A stretch of DNA of 43,554 nt from a virus (Duplodnaviria > Caudoviricetes), in IMG/VR virus record IMGVR_UViG_3300032272_000026, positions 1 through 43,554 of that record; one strand, written 5' to 3'. The translations under genes were made by a program, and so were the position numbers. The notes beneath the pieces were generated by a model that worked only from the letters and a program-made list of their open reading frames with translations, searched no databases and was not told the origin of the DNA. Positions 8,560-17,487 of this stretch are shown piece by piece; within the stretch, counting starts at the first letter, position 1; every line of letters starts with the position of its first letter.

Positions 8560-10419
8560 ATGACTACCAAGAAAATTACAGATCTTACTGTAGCGACTGT
8601 TGCTGACGACACTGATTTGCTTGCCGTGGTTCAGGGGGGCGAAACCAAGCAGATGACTCGGGAAGTTTTGACTGGTCCCGGTCCACATGAAATTGAGCAC
8701 GCCTTTAACGGATTTGCTCTTGGGGTACTCTCATTTATTATTTCAGAGTCTGGAGGCACTGTAACCGCAACTGTCGATAATTCAGTTTCTCCGGGTACGG
8801 ACCTTCTAACATGGCATTCGGATCGCGAGCATGATATTGTTTTACCTGCCTCAGTAAGTCTCACCCCAGGATCTGATATTTCGCCTCAGATTAACTTTAT
8901 TTATTTTCTAGCCTCTACCAATACATTAACTAAAAACACCTCAAGCTGGCCTGCAGGTGAGCATACCCGCATCGGTGTAGTGCTCTGTCAAAGTGCTACA
9001 AGTGTTGGTTTATATGGACCTTACAAAGTGCATCAATGGTCAGATCAGCCCTATGATGCAGGTGATGGCGGGCATATTACTCACTTGAATGAGTGGATTC
9101 GTAATCAACACGCAACATGGAAAAGTGGTTGTGTAGTGACCGTAACAGGGAGTGGTACTGCTAACGTTACTTTATCGACCACTTCAGGTATGGTGTACCA
9201 ATTACATGAACACTCCATGCCTGCATTTGCTGACCCAAGTGCTTTTTATGTACCAAACGATTTTACCACAGTCTATGTGCGCCGCACTGCGCTGAGTGAT
9301 ATCACAGCCGATTCAACCGGCACATCTCTTGCCAATAAAATTTTCGGTGTAGTGGTATGGGGCGTGGTCAATGCAGCTACAGGTGATTGTAAGTTGATGG
9401 TTAACTTACCTTCAGGTGGTTATAACGGGAGCGATCCTGAAAGTGTTCGGGGGGATGTTGATAGAACTGTTAACTTTTCCATACCAGAAGATTTTCTTGG
9501 TGTAGGGTTTCTTATTCGCCGATTGGTGTTTAAACTTTCGGGAGGCAATTATACACTGTACGATTCAACCGCCGATGACTTAAGAGGCTTTAGCCCGAAT
9601 TCAGCTCCCGGAGGGGCCTCTGGCCAGAGCAATGTTTTTGCTGATAATACTTTTCGCATTCAAGATGATGGAGACTCGACAAAAGAAATTGCTTTTGAAG
9701 CTTCGGGTATTACTACCGGGACAGTACGAACCCTGACAGCGCCTGATGCTAGCGGAACCTTGGTCTTAAAAGATTCCTCAGATATTTTAACTAATAAAAC
9801 TCTCGATGTTAATGGTGTCGGTAACGTAATATCAAATATTGATATCGGAAATTGTATCGCTGCGTCTCAGGTAGAAGCTGAAACAGGGACTGATAATACT
9901 AAACTTTTGACGGCATTGAGGGTTGCACAAGCTATTGCGGTTTTAGGTGTTGCGGGAAAGGTTCTTCAAGACCTTCAAACAAATAAAACGAGCACTTTCA
10001 CAAATACAACGACCTCAACCTGGGTGGCTCTAACAGGGCTTTCTCAAGCAATTACGCCATCTGCAACATCTTCAAAGGTCAGAGTAACCGTTGTTCTGAA
10101 CCACGGCAATACAGCTGGCTCTGCAATGAATCCATGCTTCCGGGTTAAGCGGGGAGCCTCGGTATTGACTGTTGGGGATGTTGTTGGGAGTCGCACTTCG
10201 TGTGCAGCTTTTGGCGTAGCGGTTGACTCACTCTCAATGAACAGCACTGTAATCGATCTTCTTGATTCTCCTGCATCAACAAGCGCTCAGACCTACACCG
10301 TGGAGGTATTCCACGCCTATGCCGGGACGTTCTACTTGAACCGGGAGTCTAACGACACCAATTCTACCAGCCATCCTCGCACCATTTGTTCAATATCCAC
10401 TAAAGAAATCGGAGCGTGA
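8560..10419 (+). CDS. Tail fibre / receptor-binding protein
   Basis: N-terminal KKITDL motif; internal FADNTFRIQDDGDSTKEIAF..SGITTGTVRTLT fibre segment; C-terminal ITPSATSSKV beta-sandwich. Confidence 0.8.
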   Translation: MTTKKITDLTVATVADDTDLLAVVQGGETKQMTREVLTGPGPHEIEHAFNGFALGVLSFIISESGGTVTATVDNSVSPGTDLLTWHSDREHDIVLPASVSLTPGSDISPQINFIYFLASTNTLTKNTSSWPAGEHTRIGVVLCQSATSVGLYGPYKVHQWSDQPYDAGDGGHITHLNEWIRNQHATWKSGCVVTVTGSGTANVTLSTTSGMVYQLHEHSMPAFADPSAFYVPNDFTTVYVRRTALSDITADSTGTSLANKIFGVVVWGVVNAATGDCKLMVNLPSGGYNGSDPESVRGDVDRTVNFSIPEDFLGVGFLIRRLVFKLSGGNYTLYDSTADDLRGFSPNSAPGGASGQSNVFADNTFRIQDDGDSTKEIAFEASGITTGTVRTLTAPDASGTLVLKDSSDILTNKTLDVNGVGNVISNIDIGNCIAASQVEAETGTDNTKLLTALRVAQAIAVLGVAGKVLQDLQTNKTSTFTNTTTSTWVALTGLSQAITPSATSSKVRVTVVLNHGNTAGSAMNPCFRVKRGASVLTVGDVVGSRTSCAAFGVAVDSLSMNSTVIDLLDSPASTSAQTYTVEVFHAYAGTFYLNRESNDTNSTSHPRTICSISTKEIGA

Positions 10420-10712
10420 CTATGGATATCCCAATGATCCTTGAGAAGATCCGTCCTGGTGCACAGTACACCCTTGGGGGTGATACTTACGATACTCTGG
10501 AGTGGAAGGACTCTACTGAGAAGCCCACCGAAGCGGAACTCGTTGCAGCAGAGAGTGGCGCAAAGATTGTCAAAGCGGCGAAAATTGAAATGCTTCGGCT
10601 TGAGGCTTTGGAAACATCAAGGCGAATTGCCGAAGCGACTCTTACCGATGAAGGTAGAACATGGCTTCAGGCAAACCGAGACTTGATTGCAGCAGAGAGG
10701 GAAAAACTATGA
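10416..10712 (+). CDS. Tail fibre assembly chaperone (XkdW-like)
   Basis: IRPGAQYTL.G..Y..LEW.D...KPTEAEL; overlaps the fibre stop (GTGA). Confidence 0.65.
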   Translation: MTMDIPMILEKIRPGAQYTLGGDTYDTLEWKDSTEKPTEAELVAAESGAKIVKAAKIEMLRLEALETSRRIAEATLTDEGRTWLQANRDLIAAEREKL

Positions 10713-11098
10713 GCTTAACGAACTATACTAAAAATTTTACTGACGAAGAGTTGCGCTGCCATTGCGGCTGTGGGTCTCCCGAGATGCCTCGCCGTCAGTC
10801 TCAAGAACGCCTACAGCGTGTCAGGGACCTTGTTGGGTTCCCTATGCCACTCACCAGTGCTAAACGGTGTAGGACGCACCCGATAGAAGCTGGAAAAAAG
10901 TCCCCAGGAACTCATTTTGATGGATTCGCCTTTGACAGTGGGAATCGGGGAGCAGAGGCCTTGAAGTTGCTGGAGATAGCAAAAGCTGAAGGGTTCCACC
11001 GCATTGGTGTAAGTCAGAAGGGGATTAATCGGTTTATCCATATGGATGATGCACCTATTAAATCAGGGCGTCCGGCACCGCACATTTGGAGTTATTAA
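10709..11098 (+). CDS. Endolysin, peptidase M15A-like
   Basis: NFT.EE..C.CGC, TS..RC..H, H..G.AFD and FIHMD Zn-peptidase motifs; ATGA overlap start at 10709. Confidence 0.85.
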   Translation: MSLTNYTKNFTDEELRCHCGCGSPEMPRRQSQERLQRVRDLVGFPMPLTSAKRCRTHPIEAGKKSPGTHFDGFAFDSGNRGAEALKLLEIAKAEGFHRIGVSQKGINRFIHMDDAPIKSGRPAPHIWSY

Positions 11099-11100
11099 AC

Positions 11101-11400
11101 ATGGACGAGACTGAACTGATCGGACGAATGACGCGCCAAGAAGCGCTATTAGAAGGGGTGCAGAAAAGCGTAGATGTGTTGGCAGCTGCAGTGACTGGAC
11201 TTACTCTGGCTCTGGAAACTCAGGGGGTTCACACCGAAAAGCACATCAGCCATGAAAAAAACATTACATCTCTTTGGGATAAATACGACGAAATTACTAA
11301 AACACTAGATGGACTTCCCGGCAGGATTCTGAAAGGTGCTAGTGTTATTTTATCAATTCTCCTAGGCCTGATAGTAGTTGTTGCTTCTTTGAAAGGATAA
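11101..11400 (+). CDS. Coiled-coil protein with C-terminal transmembrane helix (lysis-associated)
   Basis: GGAG RBS; hydrophobic tail VILSILLGLIVVV; next to endolysin. Confidence 0.65.
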   Translation: MDETELIGRMTRQEALLEGVQKSVDVLAAAVTGLTLALETQGVHTEKHISHEKNITSLWDKYDEITKTLDGLPGRILKGASVILSILLGLIVVVASLKG

Positions 11401-11406
11401 AGTGAA

Positions 11407-11943
11407 ATGAGTTGGTTTGATACTATAAAAAATGTAGCCCCTATGCTTGCAACTGCGTTGGGAGGTCCGATGGCTGGGATGGCAGCTACCATGGCTGTTA
11501 AAGCCTTGGGGGATGATGACGCTGAAGAAATCTCAGGAAAAGATGCTGTAGCTCGACTGCAAAAACATGTTATGTCGGGTAATCCTGAAGTGATGCTGAA
11601 CCTTAAAAAAGCTGAAAATGATTTTACGCTTAAACTCGAAGAACTAGGCATCGAACGTGAAGCACTTTATTTAAAAGATCGAGACAGTGCTAGAAAACGT
11701 GAGGCTACTGTAGGAGGACACACTCCAGCAATTCTAGCCTACCTTACTGTCGTTGGGCTTTTTGGCATCTTTGGATATCTTCTGATGACTGAAATGCAGG
11801 TTAGTGCAGAAGGAGCAACGCTAACTGGTCTTATTATTGGGCATGTATCAGCCAAAGCAGAACAAATTTACGGTTATTATTTCGGTTCCAGTGCTGGGCA
11901 AGATCGTACAAATGAAAAAGGTGAATCTCATGTTAAAGGATAA
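11407..11943 (+). CDS. Putative holin
   Basis: VAPMLATALGGP.AG, DRDSARKRE, two TM segments and terminal YYFGSS; lies in the lysis cassette. Confidence 0.7.
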   Translation: MSWFDTIKNVAPMLATALGGPMAGMAATMAVKALGDDDAEEISGKDAVARLQKHVMSGNPEVMLNLKKAENDFTLKLEELGIEREALYLKDRDSARKREATVGGHTPAILAYLTVVGLFGIFGYLLMTEMQVSAEGATLTGLIIGHVSAKAEQIYGYYFGSSAGQDRTNEKGESHVKG

Positions 11944-12376
11944 AGTTTTTCTGAGTGGTTATGTAAAAGTGGTTTTGCGGGATAAGCAAGGCAAGAGCAA
12001 ATTAACTCGCCAAGGGCCTAATCTTGTCGTGGATGCTGGTGCGATTTTGGTTGCTCAAAATTTTGCCAATGAAAGTCCTACATTACCTACCCATACTGCC
12101 ATTGGAGATTCAAGTCAAGCGCCTGTTGCGGGGGATACCACTCTGGTAGGGACAGAACTTGGTAGGGTTGCTCTGGACTCAACTACACGTACCGGGAACG
12201 CAATAGCTTATGTGGCAACTTTACCTGCAGGGACCGGTACAGGTGTTATGGAAGAAGCTGGTGTTTTTAACGCATCTTCCGGCGGAACCATGCTGGCTCG
12301 TTTTTTGACTGGTACTATCACTAAGGCGGCGGGAGATTCTCTCGAAGTTACTTGGACGTTGACCATGGGGACGTAG
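11930..12376 (+). CDS. Virion structural protein (paralog 1)
   Basis: NLVV..G, H.AIG, E..RVA, EAGVFNASSGGTMLARF, LEVTWTL. Confidence 0.75.
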   Translation: MLKDKVFLSGYVKVVLRDKQGKSKLTRQGPNLVVDAGAILVAQNFANESPTLPTHTAIGDSSQAPVAGDTTLVGTELGRVALDSTTRTGNAIAYVATLPAGTGTGVMEEAGVFNASSGGTMLARFLTGTITKAAGDSLEVTWTLTMGT

Positions 12377-12377
12377 A

Positions 12378-12821
12378 ATGTGTAATGTAAGTGTACGTGG
12401 ATGGGTTCGGGCTAAAAAGTTTGATAAAAAAGGAAAACTTGTTCAAATTTTTGATGGAAGCAATCTCATTACCTCCGCAGGTTTAGCGTTAATTGCAGGT
12501 AGAATGGTGGATGATACGGACGCAGAACCTTCTCATATGGCGATTGGTTCAAGTGCTGCCGTCTCTACCGTAGCGATGACAGCTCTTCAAGGAACTGAGC
12601 ATGAACGGGTAGCTTTTACTACAGCATCCCATGCCGCAGCCGCAACCACCTACACAGCTTCCTTCGGCACCGGCCTGGGCAGTACCGTTACTGTTAATGA
12701 GGTTGGTATTTTTAATGCGGCTTCTACTGGAACTATGTTAGCTCGTTTTTTAACAAATCAGTTTGAACTATCCGTAGGGGAAACCTTTGAGGTTTCCTGG
12801 ACACTCACATTTGGAGATTAA
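12378..12821 (+). CDS. Virion structural protein (paralog 2)
   Basis: NLIT..G, HMAIG, EHERVA, EVGIFNAASTGTMLARF, FEVSWTL; collinear with the preceding ORF. Confidence 0.75.
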   Translation: MCNVSVRGWVRAKKFDKKGKLVQIFDGSNLITSAGLALIAGRMVDDTDAEPSHMAIGSSAAVSTVAMTALQGTEHERVAFTTASHAAAATTYTASFGTGLGSTVTVNEVGIFNAASTGTMLARFLTNQFELSVGETFEVSWTLTFGD

Positions 12822-12823
12822 TA

Positions 12824-13705
12824 ATGGCCTCCTCCTTTACGTCAAAGCTTAATCTTGAAAAACCAGCTGATAAAGATAAATCCTGGGGGACTGCCTATCG
12901 AGGGTCTATGGATGAACTTGAGTCCCGTCTGACTTTGCAATATACTGGAACACCCCAAGGAAATGTGGCAGGAGCTTGGGTGGGGCAGACTTGCCTGGAT
13001 ACCTCAAATAATATTATGTATACCTGCACCACAGCTGGTATTGCAGCAGCTGCAATTTGGTCAGTCCTTGAGCTAAATGCGGCGCTTAACTTAAGTGATC
13101 TTGCAAGTGCTTCTGTTTCCCGAACTAATCTAGGCCTGGGGACAATGGCTGTTGTTTCTTCAGGTACCTCAGCTGGGAATGGTGTTTTGTTAACTTCGTC
13201 AGCAGCTTTACCTGCGGTCGATGGTAGCCTTTTAACCAATTTAGCTAAGGGAAAAATCAAACAAGTTGTTTATGTTGAAAAAACTGACACTTGGAGTGAT
13301 AATTCCAATAGCTTTGCTGGGGTAACAGGGTTGAGTGCTTCTATTACGCCGAGTGCGGCCTCAAGTAAAGTCTTGCTGCTAGCTAATGTGATGGTGTCCC
13401 GAGCCGGTATCGGAGGATTGCGGTTGGTGCAAGGGGCCAATGTAATATCTGAGGGGGATGCGGCAGGTAGCCGCCAGCAAGTCGGCGCTCAGTTTGATGT
13501 ACCAACAGACTCTCAAGCAGGGGCTCAGACAGTTATGTTAATGGGAGCGCATTCTCCCGCAACCACTTCTTCAACAACCTACGGCGTTGAAGCCTTGGCG
13601 CCTGTAAGCGGTTCTATTTATGTGAATAGATCCTGGACAGACACTGACAGTGTTAATTATCTTCGAGGTTCCTCTTGGTTGTTTTTACTTGAACTGGGAG
13701 CGTAA
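12824..13705 (+). CDS. Second short tail fibre/spike
   Basis: N-terminal T.KLNLEKP....WG anchor; NLSDLAS...RTNLGLG fibre motif; C-terminal domain paralogous to that of 8560-10419. Confidence 0.75.
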   Translation: MASSFTSKLNLEKPADKDKSWGTAYRGSMDELESRLTLQYTGTPQGNVAGAWVGQTCLDTSNNIMYTCTTAGIAAAAIWSVLELNAALNLSDLASASVSRTNLGLGTMAVVSSGTSAGNGVLLTSSAALPAVDGSLLTNLAKGKIKQVVYVEKTDTWSDNSNSFAGVTGLSASITPSAASSKVLLLANVMVSRAGIGGLRLVQGANVISEGDAAGSRQQVGAQFDVPTDSQAGAQTVMLMGAHSPATTSSTTYGVEALAPVSGSIYVNRSWTDTDSVNYLRGSSWLFLLELGA

Positions 13706-13707
13706 AA

Positions 13708-14982
13708 ATGAGTAAATTACTGAAAACTGTCCGAGAAGAATTGATGGGAGGGATTTCTCCGAATATACCTGGAAGGTCTCAAACACCGACAACTTCATTA
13801 CTTAATTCAGCTAAACCTAAATTTTTTGTTGACGGGAGAAATGTAGTATTTGAGGAATCTTCTGTTCAACCTACCTCAGGCCAACGTTTGATTGTATCTC
13901 CAGTTAATCAGGACTCCATCACAGGTCTACTTTCTGTTAATGCTGCGGGAACGCCAACTGCCTATTATGGCAACTCAACTACTTTATTTGAATACACTAC
14001 CGCAGGTGGAGCTACTAGCGTCGGCTCAGGTTATGCCGGGGTAGAGAATGCGACTAGCACCACCCCAGCAACTCTTTGGAGTTTAACTTCCTGGGGAACT
14101 TGGATTGCTGCAACCAATGGAGTTGACGTACCGCAAATTTTTAAGGGGACATCCTTTGCAAACCTAACAGGGCTCTCATTTACTACGGCGGAAATTTTTA
14201 TCGAGAGATCCCCGTTTATGATCGCCTTTAATACATCAAATGGCGTAGCTGAGGCTGAATGGTGTGATGAAGATAATATCGAAGACTGGTCCCCAACCAC
14301 TTCAAATGCTGCGGGTAACTTAACAATAAGAGAAGCTGGAGGGCCGATTCTAGCTGCGGTAATGCGGGGGAAAGATGTTGCCTTTTACACCAATAATAGG
14401 ATGTTTATTCTTGAATTTGTTGGTGCGCCATTCTGGTTCCGCTATCGCCCTCTTCTTATGGGGATCGGTACAGTTGGCAAAGCAGCTGTAGTTGCTGTGG
14501 GAGCAATCCACTACGGTTTTGGGCCTGAAGGTATTTGGGCTACTGATGGCACTAAGTTTGAGTATATTGCCTCACCTGAGATTCGGGATTTTATTTACAA
14601 CAACATCAACCTAGAGCAGATTTCAAAAGTTGTTGCTTGGCATGATCGACAACAACATTCAGTAATCTTTTTCTGGCCGGAAGATCCTTCTACAGCTAAT
14701 TCGCTTGGGGTTGTTTTTAATTATAAGAATAAAATTTGGAGTATCGATGATCGAGGAAGGTCAGCTGCTACTTACGCACCTGATTTTGGTGTTTCCCTTG
14801 CTGGAGATTCTTCAGGATATCTCTGGCAACAAAATATTACCGGCGATCCGACTACAAATACCAACTCAGGTGAGCTACCTGTGCAAGATGAAATATCATA
14901 TCAGGTCGGATTTGGTGAGGGCGGTTTCGGTGAAGTGCCTTTTGGAGGGGATTGGACAGGAGAGGATACACTCGATGGCTAG
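13708..14982 (+). CDS. Tail nozzle / tail tubular protein B-like (N-terminal, beta-propeller part)
   Basis: ATNGVD.PQ, EWCD.DN..DW.P..SNAAG, FVGAPF, FFWP and FNY....WS motifs. Confidence 0.7.
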   Translation: MSKLLKTVREELMGGISPNIPGRSQTPTTSLLNSAKPKFFVDGRNVVFEESSVQPTSGQRLIVSPVNQDSITGLLSVNAAGTPTAYYGNSTTLFEYTTAGGATSVGSGYAGVENATSTTPATLWSLTSWGTWIAATNGVDVPQIFKGTSFANLTGLSFTTAEIFIERSPFMIAFNTSNGVAEAEWCDEDNIEDWSPTTSNAAGNLTIREAGGPILAAVMRGKDVAFYTNNRMFILEFVGAPFWFRYRPLLMGIGTVGKAAVVAVGAIHYGFGPEGIWATDGTKFEYIASPEIRDFIYNNINLEQISKVVAWHDRQQHSVIFFWPEDPSTANSLGVVFNYKNKIWSIDDRGRSAATYAPDFGVSLAGDSSGYLWQQNITGDPTTNTNSGELPVQDEISYQVGFGEGGFGEVPFGGDWTGEDTLDG

Positions 14983-15373
14983 TGGAATTGCAACAATGCT
15001 AAAAACAGCAAGCTCAATCGAAACTAAGATTTGGCAAATTCCAGATCTTGACGAAACTTCAGTTTATGTAACAGCAAAAAGTTTTGACTTGGGACATCCT
15101 GATAGAGATAAATATGTTGATCAAATTAGATTTGAATTGGAGGGTATTTCAAATATAGGAGAATCTGTGGTGTCTCTCCAAGTAGGCGTCCAAGATAAAT
15201 TAAATAAAGATATTGTTTGGGAACGGTTTTATCTTTCGAGCGCTAATGATTCAATATATCTCAGGAAAACAGCTAGGTACTTTTCCATCATATTTGAAGA
15301 TGCTGTGCCTCAAGTTCGTTGGAAACTTGGTGCAATTGAGTTTTGGGGTCAACTTTTAAAAGGGCAGAATTAA
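14975..15373 (+). CDS. Nozzle C-terminal-like domain as a separate gene
   Basis: GGAGAGG RBS and ATG 14975; FDLG...DKYV.QIR, R..ARY.SI, W.LG.IEF typical of nozzle C-termini. Confidence 0.6.
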   Translation: MASGIATMLKTASSIETKIWQIPDLDETSVYVTAKSFDLGHPDRDKYVDQIRFELEGISNIGESVVSLQVGVQDKLNKDIVWERFYLSSANDSIYLRKTARYFSIIFEDAVPQVRWKLGAIEFWGQLLKGQN

Positions 15374-15622
15374 ATGTCTATTTATCCCATCCCTTCATTT
15401 TATACCACTTGGGAAGCCTACGCAGAAGCACTTATCAGTGTATTAGATGCTGAGGAAGAACTACCTGTGTTGCAGCTGCCGAGTTATACGGTGGCTCAAG
15501 TTCCTTCCGCACAAACCAAAAGTATGTTAATTTATGTTTTAGACGAGGTCGGAGGTGAGGTACCCGCATTTTCAGATGGAACGAACTGGAGACGCGTAAC
15601 TGATAGAGCGATTGTGTCATGA
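15374..15622 (+). CDS. Conserved small phage virion protein
   Basis: LPSYTVA..P, IYV.D..GG.VPAFSDGTNWRRVTDR. Confidence 0.7.
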   Translation: MSIYPIPSFYTTWEAYAEALISVLDAEEELPVLQLPSYTVAQVPSAQTKSMLIYVLDEVGGEVPAFSDGTNWRRVTDRAIVS

Positions 15623-16023
15623 TTGAGCCGGTTCCTATCGACGAAATAACTTCGGAGGATCTTAAATGGCTTGTAAAAGCCTTTGAGGTGAGTTACGATG
15701 GAATAGGCGCAGCTTTAGCTTTAGAGTGGATTGCTAAGGGTGTAGCCTCATTATATAGATTCACTGAGGAAGCCTCTGGAATTGTGCTTTTGCAGGTTGA
15801 GACCTTTCCGAGAGGAAAAAGATTATGGCTTTATGCTATAGCTGGAAATGGTGTTTTTAATAACTTCGATAGACTTTTTGCTGAGATTGAAAAGATTGGA
15901 AAGGATGCAGGTTGCAGTTGGTTTGCAGGTGCTGTTGTTCCAAAGGGTTTTCAACGGAAATGTTTCCACAGATATGGTGAGCCTCAGGCTCAAATTTTCA
16001 CTAAGGACTTGAACAATGTTTAA
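15619..16023 (+). CDS. GNAT/acetyltransferase-like protein preceding the ejection proteins
   Basis: LWLYAIAG...IEKIGKDAGC.W..G pattern; position analogous to T7 gp13. Confidence 0.45.
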   Translation: MIEPVPIDEITSEDLKWLVKAFEVSYDGIGAALALEWIAKGVASLYRFTEEASGIVLLQVETFPRGKRLWLYAIAGNGVFNNFDRLFAEIEKIGKDAGCSWFAGAVVPKGFQRKCFHRYGEPQAQIFTKDLNNV

Positions 16024-17023
16024 TTGGGTCAAGAAGTTTGAGCAGGGTCGCAGTCGGATTTACAGTGTCGGTGGTATGGGTGGGGGAAAGAGTGCGGTAA
16101 ATTTAAAAGGTCAAGTTCCTGATCAAACCTCCCAGACAATTACCCAAGTTGCCTCTGGGCCAGCACGAAAAGCTGTACAGTTAGGAACTGAAAGTGCTAT
16201 TGGGGCTTTAGAACAAGCACAATCCAAATCAACACCTTTTCATTTATCCGAGGCTGGGCAAGCATTTGGAGGTAATTTGTTCGCTAAGCCGACAGAACTT
16301 CAAGGCGAGGCGAGGCTTGGTGCCGAAGATTTTGTCAGATCACTTGATAATCCAGGCCAATCTTTTTTGGATCTGGGACAAAAAACAGCCGAGGGAGGTT
16401 TTTTAGATTTTGATTCAAATCCGTACTTACAGGGGGCAATTAATTCAGCACTTTCCCCTATCGAAGCTAAATTGACAAATGAGACCCTTCCTGCAATTGC
16501 CTCGCAGTCGATTGATATCGGTGCAAATAGCGGCGCTCGCCGAGCCTTGCTTGAGGGGCAGGCTGTTGGAGATGCTGCTAGCAATGCTCAAAATGTAGCC
16601 GCTAATCTTGCTTTTCAAAATTACAATCAAGAGCGCCAAAACCAAATTAATTCTGCGAATTTAGTTAATCAAGGAATTGATTTAGGCCAACAACCTTTTG
16701 AGTTTTTAGATTCTCTTGGAGCAAGAGATCAAGCAAATGAACAAGCCCTTATAGACGAAGCGAGGCAAAAACAAACACTAGAGCAGTTAGGTGGTTTTGC
16801 TGGGTTGCCTGAATTTGCTTCTATTCTTTCGTCGCTGCCTCTGGGTACGCAATCCAACACACACGGTACTGTTCAGCAACTTCAAGCCGATAAAGAAAGG
16901 CAGTTAGGGCAAAAAATCGGTACGATTGGAGGAACTGCTATTGGTGCTTATTTCGGTGGTCCGCAAGGAGCTTCTGCGGGTGGCGCAGCTGGCAGTTCTT
17001 TAGGTAGCCTTTTTGACGGTTAG
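16016..17023 (+). CDS. Ejection/DNA pilot protein
   Basis: Gly/Gln/Ala-rich; NPYLQ and GSGARR-like motifs; hydrophobic Gly-rich C-terminus; alternative start ATG 16076 (MGGGKS). Confidence 0.65.
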   Translation: MFNWVKKFEQGRSRIYSVGGMGGGKSAVNLKGQVPDQTSQTITQVASGPARKAVQLGTESAIGALEQAQSKSTPFHLSEAGQAFGGNLFAKPTELQGEARLGAEDFVRSLDNPGQSFLDLGQKTAEGGFLDFDSNPYLQGAINSALSPIEAKLTNETLPAIASQSIDIGANSGARRALLEGQAVGDAASNAQNVAANLAFQNYNQERQNQINSANLVNQGIDLGQQPFEFLDSLGARDQANEQALIDEARQKQTLEQLGGFAGLPEFASILSSLPLGTQSNTHGTVQQLQADKERQLGQKIGTIGGTAIGAYFGGPQGASAGGAAGSSLGSLFDG

Positions 17024-17034
17024 GAGTTTAAAAA

Positions 17035-17475
17035 ATGTCTGTGTTTGATTTTGATTTTCGGCGGCAACCTGTTGCTATTTCTCCCGAACAAATTCGGTTG
17101 CAACAAGCCCTGCAAAGTTTGGGTTCTGGTAGAGGGTCAATTAAAACGCAGCCTGTGCCGTTGCCTGGATTGCCTCAACCAGTTTCACCGAGTAATAAGC
17201 AAGGCGAAAAACAAAATGATCAAGGTCTTGGCGCTTTAGGTAGTCTTTTAGGGAATTCAGCTAAAGATTTTTCTTTAGAGAATTTTAAAGCTGAAAACAA
17301 CCTTAATCCACAAGGTATTCAGCCTGGAGGCTCGTTAGGAACGACAGCGACCTCACAAGGGCTCGATGCTTCAGTATGGCAGCCCAGCAATGTAAACGCC
17401 GGAAATGCTGCGGGGAGTGCTGCTTCTGGTGGTGGTGGTTTTTTTGATGGTTTGTTTAATTTATTCGGATCTTAA
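17035..17475 (+). CDS. Low-complexity putative ejection protein
   Basis: AGGAG RBS; Gln/Gly/Pro-rich; synteny. Confidence 0.6.
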   Translation: MSVFDFDFRRQPVAISPEQIRLQQALQSLGSGRGSIKTQPVPLPGLPQPVSPSNKQGEKQNDQGLGALGSLLGNSAKDFSLENFKAENNLNPQGIQPGGSLGTTATSQGLDASVWQPSNVNAGNAAGSAASGGGGFFDGLFNLFGS

Positions 17476-17487
17476 GAGGTTTAAATC

